Shown: positions 36,101 through 47,504 of the stretch, piece after piece
How the letters are laid out: each line of letters opens with the position of its first letter
Numbering within the stretch: position 1 is the first letter of the stretch
DNA from: Negaprion brevirostris
Taxonomy: Eukaryota
Length of the DNA stretch: 64,000 nt
Reading direction: 5' to 3'
Assembly (NCBI GenBank): GCA_030324005.1
Contig: JARDVH010000163.1
Span: 18,977,741 to 19,041,740 of the forward strand
The notes under the pieces: generated by a model
Told to the model about the DNA's origin: nothing
The model's database searches: none
Seen by the model: the letters and a program-made list of their open reading frames with translations, nothing else
Program-made: the position numbers and the translations under genes

Positions 36101-39100
36101 CAGATATTAACTCGCAATCTTAAAGCAGATGGGAGACTTGATTTGTGCAAATCTATTGTGCTATTAAGACTCAGGACCTGAGCAGGGAAGCCACTCTGGT
36201 TGCTTGGGCTTTCCTGCTAAGGAGAATTAGATCTGCAGCTGTTCTGAATGAAGACAGAAGCGATTCTTCAGTCAAGTTAAAAATGTTCTGTTGTGGGGCC
36301 AGGAGAAGCAGAAGTGTTCTTTGGGGCTCCCCAAAGGAAGTTCAGTCGTCTTCATATTAGAAACTGTCCCCAAGAACCCTGTTATATCCTCCTTTCTGTC
36401 ATTAACCTGGAAGCTGGCAGTCAGTTGAGGGTTGCTTAAAATTTGTCTGCCAGCAGCCTTATTGCGCTCTCTTCACATGCAGGAAGTGAACTGGTGGCAT
36501 TTAATTGAAGCCTAGTGGTTAACATCACTGTGGCCTCCTGGCATGTGTTCTGGCTTGGAAATAAACTTTCCAGAGCGGTTTGCTGCTGAAAACCCTTTTT
36601 GCTGTTTGTGTACTGACTTGTCTCTTTCTGTTTTGTTTTCTCTCTGCCGCCCCAGAATTCAAAACAGATCAGAGTGCTGTACATAGAGCTTCTCAAATTG
36701 TACGAGTGAAGGATCCTAGAGTCAAAGAGACCTTGTGTAGAACCAAATTAATTTCATTAATTCAAACCACATTTTCTAGATTTTTGTTTGTTGCACTAAC
36801 CATTGGTTTGAAACCTCTCTAACACAGGATCTGCTGATTTCACAGAGCTCTTGGAGTCAGTTGCTGCTGTCCTTGTTTCAACTTGATTCCCAGCCTTGCT
36901 TGGCACTGTACTGAGTGCTGGTTAAAGGCCAGTACAAACACACTGGGGACTTGGAGTGGGTTAGTATATCATGCAGTAAGTGAAAAGTAAAAGGTTGAAG
37001 AATGAATGCGGATTTTGAGGCAAGTGGAAAAAATAGAATAGCACCATTAGTTGAAAGGATGTGGAAAATTAACTGTTGAATTCTGAAGTAATATCTCTTA
37101 TTTGATTAAATATAAAGGCAAAAAACATCAATGACAGAAAATGGAACCTGTCACCTGTCGACTTCACATTCTGAGTAGCTAGAGAGAAAGGTTTCTATGA
37201 TGAGAATAATATACGAAGATTTCTGCTCATTGAGATTGCATCTTGGATCTTGCGTTTTCCCCCAAATACTCAGTGAAGGTGATACTGATGTCAGTAATTA
37301 TTTTGTAATGGTTGCCATTATTCGGTAACTGCTGATGCTTTCTAATCTGGAAAACCTATTTTCCTAATTATAATTGCAAAAAATGCTATATTTTCTGCAG
37401 GTTTGCTAAAAATTTTCTCAAATATTTCAAGAGACCCCACATGCTCCATTTGGACATTTGTATTATTGCACTTGAACTTTCTCTGCATTTGACTTTTTTT
37501 TTCAATTGTTAGAAACTTGTGTGTGAAAAGGCTGTACACATTGTACAGCATCAAAACTATTTCTGAATGCTAAAAAGGATAGATGGGATACAAATTGATT
37601 GGGTTACCACTTATATTAATAACTGATGAAATAGGGGTATGTTCTGAATTAAGGTGTACAATGGAGCATCTTATTATTTCCTTTGCTGCTGAGGGAATTC
37701 CAAAGTTGGTAACAAATTGAGAAAGTAAACTGTGTGATGTGGGCCAACAAATGAGACAATTTTGTGTGTATCCAAAGGAATTGGAATATTAAACAGGTAG
37801 TCCCACTTTTAAAAGGTTTCTGTTGGGTTAAGCAGCTGAAGCACAATACTGACTATTGAAGTAAATTTCCACCTACTTTTAATTGGATTAAAAATGACAA
37901 CCTGTTGTACATTTGCACCTTTTGTTATGTGGTTGTCCAGTTTGTTAGTAACAAGGGTTGCAATAAGATAAACTGGTAAAATTATGAGTAGAAAGTACAG
38001 AATTGAGAGAAACTACATTTTAAGTGGTGTAACAGCTAAAGTAACTTCAGAATCTTGAAATAATTTAGTTTTCATTCTTTGATGACTTACCCTAGTCAAC
38101 CATAATCAGTTTCACCGAGCTTTCAGTGCTTGCGTTTTATCTGTAAATAACCTTCTGGATTGCACATGTTTGGCTTGTTGCATAGGTACAGTAGCTGTGG
38201 GCCATTATGGCTAGAATGTAATGTCCTTAAAATCGAGGTCATGGATTTTATAACAGCTGGGCTTTATTTTAAAAAAAACACCTACCATTATTTCCATTTT
38301 TAGTCTGTGTGCAAGTATTGTAATAGCACTAAGTGAAGGGATTTCAGAGTATTAAAATGTCATGTGCTATTTGAGGGTGGAGAAAGCCATACCATTTTAA
38401 ATAATCTATTTATATTGGAGAATAATAAAATCCTAGCAAAAGCTTTGCTTTTTTAGGTAGAGTAACTGGTTACTTCATAGTGACAGTTTATGGTATCTTA
38501 TACAAGTTCTCACTTGATTGCCTTTTTCTTGGACTTCAGTGAAAAGACTGCCTGCTGACTTGTCTTCCACACTGCTAAAGGTGCTGGTGCCTCCTAAATA
38601 ATATTGCAGGCTGTCTCTTGTGGTAGAATAGTACATAAATTCAACTGCAGAGAGCCTAGATAGCTCCAATTTTTGTGAGGCACAGAATTTTTGCTGTTTC
38701 TGTCTTTATGGGATGAGTAACCCTTTATATTACCATAAAATTTGTCAATAATCTAAGATTCATAGCAAAGTGTAGTAATTTCTGTTTAACATTTTTTCAG
38801 ATGTTTCTTCAACAAAGGAAGGATGTTCAAATCAGATATTTCTATTCAGCCAGTAGTTGCCCAAAGTTCGTGAAAGACAGAGCTATAATGTGGATGTAGT
38901 GGAATAGTGTTATCTATAGATAGCTCTAAGATTTTCTCAAGTCTTAAAATAGAAATTTTACATTTTCAAATGATTTGTGTTGTTTGTATCTTTCTTGCCA
39001 ACCGAAGATGTTAAAACATTTGACAGCAGGAAGTGTTCTTTTTCAGCAGTTGTTAAGCTATAGAAACTGATCGCTAAGCAACACAGCAATGCAGACCATT

Positions 39101-40995
39101 CTTCTTTTAGTTTCTCTGGCTTTGTATGTAGCAGTGTCAGAATGTGTTGACTTCCTGAAATTTGATAAACCTCTTGATGCTACAGAGCTAGTTAAAACTT
39201 CCAGTATACTTAAATTGGATGAAATAGGTCTTAATTGTACTTTACTTCAACTTGCCAACAGTATCAAAGAATTTGAAGCCATTAAATTAATATAGATAGA
39301 CATGATATGCTGCACAGATGGAGGCTATTTAGCTCATCATACCTGTGTCAGCCAAAACAGAGGAAAAAAAGAAACTAGCCAATCATTTTAATCTCACGTT
39401 TCAGCACCCGATCCGTAGCTTTGCAGATAAAGTTTTGCTTCTGTAACTTTGTGATAGGAAGTCTCCAGTAAGGGAAGCTATTGCATGACATCACGTTTTG
39501 GGATAAGGATATAATTTTAGTAAAATATATTCAGCATGTCAGATGCCCATTTTACACCTTTTCAATTTTAAAAGATTTGCATTCAACATATTTGTGCTAA
39601 TCCCATGAACTGTAATTTGATGATGCAATATACGACATTAAAACAAGGTCATCCTGGCTAAAGGTGTTTACTAAGCTTGAAATTGACTAAATTACAGAAT
39701 TTTATGCAGAAATGCTTTTGGTGGCTTTAAGAACGCACTTATTAAAGAGGCATCTCTAAATTATTTGCTGTTGTATATTTTTGTGTATGCACTTAGAATT
39801 GTGTGCTTTCATGAGCTTCACCTTGAAGAAGCATGTGTACAGTGTATACTCATGTAAAAGTTGACCCCATGGCTCTTAGCCACCAAAATGTAATTTTACA
39901 TTAACTTTGTGTACAAGTTGACTTGAAGTTTCAGGGATCAAAACATCTTACGATAATTGTTCATTAAATATAAAAGTATGCGCAGGAACCTTTAGATTTT
40001 CCTTCTGTCAATTCTAGAAGCAGTCTCCCAACCAGTCAGCTAATGTGGTACTACAAGATCCCATCACAATGTATCTGAGAAAAAATAACAAGGAAGCAGC
40101 TTACAGGAAAAGTGGCAGAATGAGTTGATGAGCATTCCCAAAATGGTCGTCGTTTGATCTCTGTCCTCAGAGGTGAAGAAAGGTGGCATTTCAGCATTCG
40201 AAGTCAGTGCCAGGTGGTACACAGGATTCATGAAAAAGTGTGGTTTCAGAAAATGAAAATTTCTGTTACCTAACTCCAATGATAACATTTCAAGTTTCAA
40301 TGATTTACCATCTTACATCAAGAGAAGAATGCACATCCATTGGCTTGCACTGGAAATGTGGATGAAACACTGATTAACATCCACATATTAGCAAATGAGA
40401 CTGTTACCAAGACTGATATTAAAAAAGATGACTGGCCATGAGAAGATGTGATTCACAGTGGTTCCATCTTGTGTGACAGTTAGCACAAACTAAAACTGAT
40501 GCTGATATCAGAGTGCAAACCTCTCCCCAAAGAAATTTCAGTAGGGCTTTGTCAGCCCCGTTTACGAGAAAGGTTGGAAGGATGATGGCAGTTGCAAGAA
40601 ATGGATCATAGTGTGGATCTTGAGATCAGGAGACTCAGAAAAACACTTGTTCACATCCCACCTGCTTGATGATGTGAGATCAACCAGCATCAATGTAGCA
40701 TTTANNNNNNNNNNNNNNNNNNNNNNNNNNNNNNNNNNNNNNNNNNNNNNNNNNNNNNNNNNNNNNNNNNNNNNNNNNNNNNNNNNNNNNNNNNNNNNNN
40801 NNNNGCATTTATTCCAAGTGGTCCTGTAAGTGTTGTTCAGCCCTCGGATGTCTGAATAAATAAACCTTTGAAGGACAGTATTCAAAAGATGGTGAAAAAG
40901 AAATTTAACCAAAGGTAGAAATATGCAAGCACTCTCACAAGCAACATTGTGCCAATGGGTCACAGATACGTGGAATGAACTCTATCCTAATATTG

Positions 40996-41562
40996 CCAGG
41001 CCATTTCAGAAGACAACTAAGAGTCACCTGCGTTGTTGAGGGTCTGAAGTCACATGCAGGCCAGATCAGGTAAGAAGGACAAATTTCTTTCCCTAAAGGA
41101 CTTTAGTGAACCAGATGGGTTTTTTTACAATAATCAACTGCCGGGATGACATAGTAGTTAGCACTACCTCTCAATGCCAGGGACCCAGGTTCGATTCCTG
41201 GCTTGGGTCACTGTCTGTACGGAGTCTGCACGTTCTCCCCATGTCTGCATGGGTTTCCTCCCACAGTCCAAAAGATGTGCGGGTTAGATGTGCTAGCCAT
41301 GCTAAATTCTCCTTCAGGGTACTTGAACAGGTGCTGGAGTGCAGCAACTGGGGAATTTTCACAGTAACTTCATTGCAGTGTTAATGTAAGCCCATTTATG
41401 ACTCTAATAAATAAAGTTAAGCAATAGTTTCAAATTCCGGATTTTTTACTGAATTTAAATTCCACCGTTGGCTCTGGTGGAATTTAAACCAGGGTACAGA
41501 CAGTATTACTCTGGGTCTCTAGATTGCTAGTGTAGTGACAATATTACTATTCACCACCTCCC
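40996..41562 (-). mobile_element. SINE type C inserted in the DNA transposon, itself split by a type B SINE
   Basis: aggccagatcaggtaag..ccctaaagga..ttagtgaaccagatggg before 41140; resumes aaattccggattttt...gaatttaaattccacc after 41420. Confidence 0.7.
41141..41418 (+). mobile_element. V-SINE type B
   Basis: HE1-like head (ggttcgattcctggcttgggtcactg) and tail ttttcacagtaacttcattgcagtgttaatgtaag...taataaataaag. Confidence 0.82.
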
Positions 41563-42821
41563 CAAGTTATACTGCCAGTGATGATGATAAAGGCCCACAT
41601 AATATTATGTAGCCAGGCTATCAGGTGAAGTTATTTCGTGGTTCAAATAATGATCAAATTTGTTTTACAGGATTTCAATGTGAAGTGCTGTAGTTAACCT
41701 GTTAGGTTATATATTTATTTTGTGTTAGATGAAGTGTATATAGTTGCTAATGTTTTAAATGTTAGAGAATTAATATAAATCCTTCATTTTTTTTCTCTAT
41801 TTTCACTTTATTCTGTTGCAACAAACGTTTTTGGGCCCAAATCAAGTGTGTGTGTACATCCCTCAAAAACATTAACTGTGTAAAAGTCAACCTTATGACT
41901 TTTTGCCTAAGAAGTTGGCCTCAAAATTTGATTTTTACATAAGCATGTATGGTAGGTATAAACTCAGCTCACTGTATGTATATTTTGGGGTGAAGAGATA
42001 ATTTTAATGGAATACATCTAGCATGTCGGATGCCTATTTTGCACCTTCCAATTTTAAAAGATTTGTGTTCAGCATATTTGTGGTAACCCCTTGAACTGTA
42101 ATTTGATGATGCAATATTGCATATATGACATTAAAACAAGGTTATCCTGGCTAAAGATGTTTGTTTACCAAGTACCCATACAGTAACTGTGCTGGGTCAT
42201 AAATATTTGATGAAGAAATTTGACAAAAACCAAATATTCTTGAGGTAATGCAATGTTTGTGTTTTCCGGTTGATTTCTGGATTATTTCTGATCAAACAGG
42301 TTTGCTTTGAATTTTGTATTTTGCCTTTGTGAAAATGGGAAAGACAGCATCTCTCCTAGTGATGCATGGGAATGCCATTTAGGTAACTGAGAAGCTGTAT
42401 TCCAATTTATATTAGCAGCTGGTCTAGAAGAGCTTTGTACAGTGGAATGTGATTAATAATTGTCAGTTACACATGGGATCTTGAGAACTGTAATGACTTG
42501 TAACATTATAAGAAAACTCTGCAACCTTTTGAGCTCAAGGTTGCTGGTTTTGTTTATGTCGTACAACCAACAGTCAATCTAGTGTCACTTCCTATTGTTT
42601 CCCTGTTCATCCAAATGCATGCACACTGATTCTTGTGTGGCAGAAATGAAAGGATCTTTGGTAATTACTTTATATTTGGAGAAGGCTACAAATGTTTTTG
42701 TCTTGTCTTCATTTAAGTTAACTTGAAAATGATGGATTGGATGGGAACCTACAATGTTTTCTTGTCCTTGGTCACGTAGTGGGAATAAACTTAGGTGATA
42801 ACAAGGAGAGTGTTTTTTAAA

Positions 42822-43118
42822 AATTTGACATTATTGTCATATGTATTAGTATACAGTGAAATGTATTGTTTCTTTCCTGCTATACAGACAAGGAATACCA
42901 TTCATAAAGAAGAAAAGGAAAGAGTGCGGAATGTAATGTTAAATCATAGCTAGGGTGTAGAAAAAGATCAAATTAGTCTGAGATAGGTCCATTTAAAAGT
43001 CTGATGACAGCAGGGAAGATGCTGTCCTTGAGTCAGTGGTACATGACCTCAGACTTTTGTATCTTATTCCCGACGGAGGAGGGCGGAAGAGAAAATGTCC
43101 AGGATGCTTGAGGTCCTT
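42822..43118 (-). mobile_element. Rex1/Babar-type LINE 3' fragment
   Basis: Homologous to 7959-8330 (ttattgtcatatgtattag.atacagtgaaa...aaaagtctgatgacagcagggaaga). Confidence 0.7.
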
Positions 43119-43744
43119 TACACAGGAGGAGGCAACTGGCCTGAATCAGTCAGACAGAGGGCTTTGTGGAAGAAGATCCAGAGAAGATGCTGGTACCTTA
43201 GGCAGAATGAAAGGACTATTTCAGGTTAACCACCAAGGAGGAAGTTGGTGAGGATAGATTCCAGGTTCAAAGAACCAAAGCCATTAGAGGTTTGAAGACC
43301 AAACAGTCGCCAGAGTGTGCTTTCCCACTGGAAATTCATTTGATAATGTTCAATAGGATTGAATGAAGGCACTTCGTTTAAATAGACTCTGGAAGTTACT
43401 TGAGCAGAAAGGAGGAGAGCCTGTGAAAATGAGGAGGAATTTAGGACACTGGTCTACAGTTCTGCAGAGAGTGCAGTGTAATGTATAAACATGCTATGGG
43501 GTTTTTGTTTGTGTTAAGAATTTAATGATGATCCCCTTTTCTGTAATTTACTTGATTGCTACCAGATAATGTTTAAACAATACTGATTTTAGTTTGTTTG
43601 TTGCAGCAAAAGTATTAGAATATGAAATCTTTTTGGATGCTCTTTGCACGTATGCACAACGGTAATTTATCTTCCTGAAACCTTGAAGTGATAGTATTAC
43701 GATACCCTCAGACTTCTTTTGATATCAGAAATTTCCCACTTGTC

Positions 43745-44385
43745 TTAATCAATCGAGGCATAGCCTACAAAAGCAGGGAAGTCATGTTGGATTTGTATAG
43801 AACTTTGGTGAGGCCATGACTAGAATACTCTGTCTTGTTATAGTGGCCACGTGATAGGAAGGATGTGATTCCACTAGAGAAGATGCAGAGGAGATTCACC
43901 TGGATGCTGCCTGGGATAGGACATTTATGAAGTGAGTTTGGCTAGGCTTGGATTGCTTGTGTGTTGGAGCAGAGAAGACTGAGGGGTGACCTGATTGAGA
44001 TCGACAAGATTGAGAGGCATGAACTGAGTGGCTAATGGGTGGCTGTTTCCCTTATTTGAAGGGGACATAGGTTAAAGGTATGGGGCAGGANNNNNNNNNN
44101 GTGTTTGGGGGGCGGACGGGGTGGGGGGGGGAGGGGGGGAGGGGAGGACAAACATTTTAAACTAGAGGGTGGTGACAGTCTGAAATGCACTGTCTGGGAG
44201 GGTGATTGAGGCAAATTGCTTCACATCCTTTAAAAAATACCTGGACGAGCACTTGGCCTGTCATAAAATTCAAGGCTACGGGCCAAGTGTTGGTACATGG
44301 GGTTAGGTGGGAGGTCAAGTGTTCCTCGCGTATCGGTGCAGACTTGATGGGATGAAGGGCACTTTGCACTGTGTGATTCTATGAT
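43745..44385 (+). mobile_element. CR1 LINE 3' fragment
   Basis: LYRTLVRP.LEY, LEKMQRRFT, QRRLRGDLIE, FKKYLD, and tail ggtgcagacttgatggg..gattctatga. Confidence 0.82.
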
Positions 44386-44929
44386 CAAGTGCTATATTTT
44401 CAGAGTTGTATTTGGAGTTTTATTGTAGGAGGTAACTAACATTAGTGTCCTACAGAGGATTTCTTTTATGCATATTCCATAACATCAAAACAATGGCATT
44501 AGTAACATTTTAATAGACACCGATGGGAGAGCAAAATGTTTATTATTGTAAAGTACAGCAAGAAGCCAATTTCTCTCATTTCCCTCCCTCCCCTGCCTTA
44601 ATTAGGCTTAAGGTTCAAATCAATTAAATGAATTAGATTTTCTATCTAAAACCCTGCCACAATGTTTCATTACTTCAAGTAAGTAGACTATGGTTGTTTG
44701 AGGCTTTCTTTGTAACAGATTTTGCATACTGCACTTGAGGTTAAAGATGCTTTTGGGTAAAGAATAGTCTGCAAGCATTGTTATGGCAAAAGTCCCAAAA
44801 TTATCAAGTTTATGTATTTCATTGTTCAAAATTGGCATTGCATATAAGTGCAATTTCTGCTAATACTCGACGTTCACTATATTTACAATTGCAGTCAATA
44901 TTTACAATGTTCATTACATGTCAAACGTT

Positions 44930-46340
44930 TCATCTGAAGGGTTCCTCCCAGCTTACAGCCCCTAGGTGTGCTATGGTTGAAGGGTCTTAGTGGCCTTACC
45001 CCAATGTTTTTGCAGTTGCCCCAAGTTTGAGTGCATCTCTCCGTACATTATCCTGTACTAGGCATATGCAGGTCTGCAAAACTTGCTCTGGCAGACCAAA
45101 GAACATCTTTCACTGATGGTCCTCTAGACACAGTTGATATTTTGTGTGTCCCTGGGAACCTATAGAGCACAGAATACTGCAATACCAAACTTCTCTGGAT
45201 GAACACCATACAAGAAGATGCACAGTTGTGCACGCCCAGATACACACAGCACAGAATCCCTGCAGTGTAGTGCAGAAGGAGGCTATTTGGTCCATCGAGT
45301 CTACACTGACTTTCTGAACGTGCGTATTATCCAAGCCCTCCCCACTCATCCTATCCCTGTAATCCTGCACATTTAGTGTGGTTGACACTAAGGGCCAATT
45401 TACCTAGCATGCACATCTTTGGATTGTGGGAGGAAACTGGAGCACCTGGAGGAAACTCATGCAGGCATGGGGAGAATTCGCACATTCAGACAGTCACTCA
45501 NNNNNNNNNNNNNNNNNNNNNNNNNNNNNNNNNNNNNNNNNNNNNNNNNNNNNNNNNNNNNNNNNNNNNNNNNNNNNNNNNNNNNNNNNNNNNNNNNNNN
45601 CCTGGAGGAAACTCATGCAGGCATGGGGAGAATTCGCAAATTCAGACAGTCACTCAAGGCTGGAACTGAATCCAGATCCCTGGTTCTGCCTGGCAGCAGT
45701 GCTGGCCACTGTGTCAAACCTCAACAAGAGCCACAACATCCTTTTGCAGACCTGCTTTGCAAACGCATATTCCAGAGGGAAGTGCACAGTTGTATCTTTC
45801 CCGCTACAACCATCTTGAGGACAGCGTGTAGAGAAGGTGAAACCTGCTTGATTGAAACTACCGGTGATGTCTGTACAAAGATTTGACAGGATCACTTTTT
45901 TTCCTGCAGATGTTAATGGAGGTTATGTGCAGGCTACTGTCTGGTGGATTTGTGGAGGTCAAAAGTTGCTTTTCTGCATAAACCTTTCCATGACGAACAG
46001 GTGGTTTGGTGGTTATGGCATGGTCCAACTGAATGAAACAATTAAAAATTACTATCAGATCTCTGATATACGGACTTATTGAACATCATTCACAGCTGTT
46101 TGAGGCTCTGAACACTTGCGTTCCTGGACAATGTTGATAATTAGCAACCAGGTTGAAGTCGAATTGGGTATCGAAATACTTCTGGTTGAGTACAAAGGTT
46201 CTCAGCTTTGTCATAAATGGCAATTTTCGTATGTATCTATTTTATCTGCTCAAAAAGAGTAATTGCATTCCTCAGTTCGCTTGCATCTCCAGGAACATAA
46301 TTGCTCGCTGTTGTAAGTGACCATGTGTTTCCGCTGGGTG
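44930..46340 (-). mobile_element. Decayed RTE-clade LINE interrupted by an HE1-like SINE
   Basis: Minus-strand LLYG (about 45205-45215) and further RT C-terminal-like debris on both sides of the SINE. Confidence 0.5.
45250..45713 (-). mobile_element. HE1-like SINE (type A) containing an assembly gap
   Basis: Tail cagaatccctgcagtg..gcagaaggaggctatttggtccatcgagtct; V-domain; head ggcagcagtgctggccactgtg. Confidence 0.8.
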
Positions 46341-47504
46341 AACTGAGTGAAAGAAGTAAGCACGTTAGTACTTTGCAAGGCATCAAGATATTTCATTCAA
46401 GTGGTTTGTTTGATATGTTACCAGCCATTCTGGAAGTTAATGACTGTGAGCGAAACATTTTTTGTATTAATTAAATGTACATCTATTGCTAAGAAAATGG
46501 CGCAGCTTTAAAGTGACTTTTTCTGATACCTGAAATTTAATAGATACCTTCTCAGAAATCTCTGTAGCATTGCGTCAGTGGAGTGCATGGGTTTTAAAAG
46601 GAATTGTGTTAAGAAATGTGCCATAAATAAAAATGATTAAAGTATTTATGAATGGACGTAAGTAGAGCTTGATCGTATTGATTTAGACTAAGCTGTTGAA
46701 AGGGAATCTGGGATAGAAGGGCAAAGCATATGTTTGGCTGCAGTTGTTTCTTGAGAGGTACCACTAAAACTTGTAAATACTTGAGAAAGGAGCTTTGAGT
46801 AGCCATTTCTGTTTGACCTAATGTGAAGCCTTTGAGATGTCATGAAGGCGTGATAAGGCTTTATAGAGAAAGCATGTTGATTTCTATATTTTACATTCTT
46901 GTATTGCTGTGCGTCCTTAGTTTTTGCTCAGTTTTCAGAGGAAAAAAGTGGTTGTGTATATTCAGAAAACTAAGAATCCAAGTTGAGTACTTTGTTTGCA
47001 TAAAAAATTGTGTCCATTCTTCACTATTGTAATCTCTGTGGCAAGTTTTAAACTTAAAAGATAAAGCTCCGTATTGGAGAATCAGCTACATAAGACATGA
47101 ATGGAGTTAAAGCACGCTTGTATTTATGTCTATAAAAAGTCACTTGAATTTCAAATTCATGTTCTTGTAATTGATAACAGCAGCCATCAAGCCATTTCCC
47201 ATCAAGTAGTGAGTCTGTCATAAGTATAATAACTCCCTAATATATTTTTTGGGGCATTCTTCCCAAAGACCCCAGGCATTCCAGGAATGCCCGTTCAGTC
47301 AAAAGTGAAACCAAATGTCAGTTCTGTAATCCTAAAACCACTGTGCTGTTCCTATAGGCAAGATGTCTGTAACACAGATATGGCTTGATTGGTGCATATG
47401 CATCAAACTTTCTTTCTGGACAAGTTTTATTGTGATTAAAGCAAAAGGTAAGTGGGGAAGAAAAAGTCATTGTGAATTGATATACAAAATGTATATAGCA
47501 TATA

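Larger units (their letters stand above)
39840..41952 (+). mobile_element. Decayed pogo/Tc2-type (Tc1-mariner superfamily) DNA transposon with both TIRs
   Basis: Left TA|cagtgtatactcatgtaaaagttga and right tttgatttttacataagcatgtatgg|TA are imperfect inverted repeats. Plus-strand transposase remnants: DET (about 40360), TGHEK..FTVV (about 40430-40465), KGW.D...KKW (about 40570-40605), IPSG..SVVQPSDV.INKPLKD (about 40810-40876). Confidence 0.72.

Noticed and set aside
44101-44147. G-rich tract with G-quadruplex potential
   Set aside because: It lies in a decayed CR1 next to a 10-N gap, so the sequence is unreliable and there is no evidence of function.
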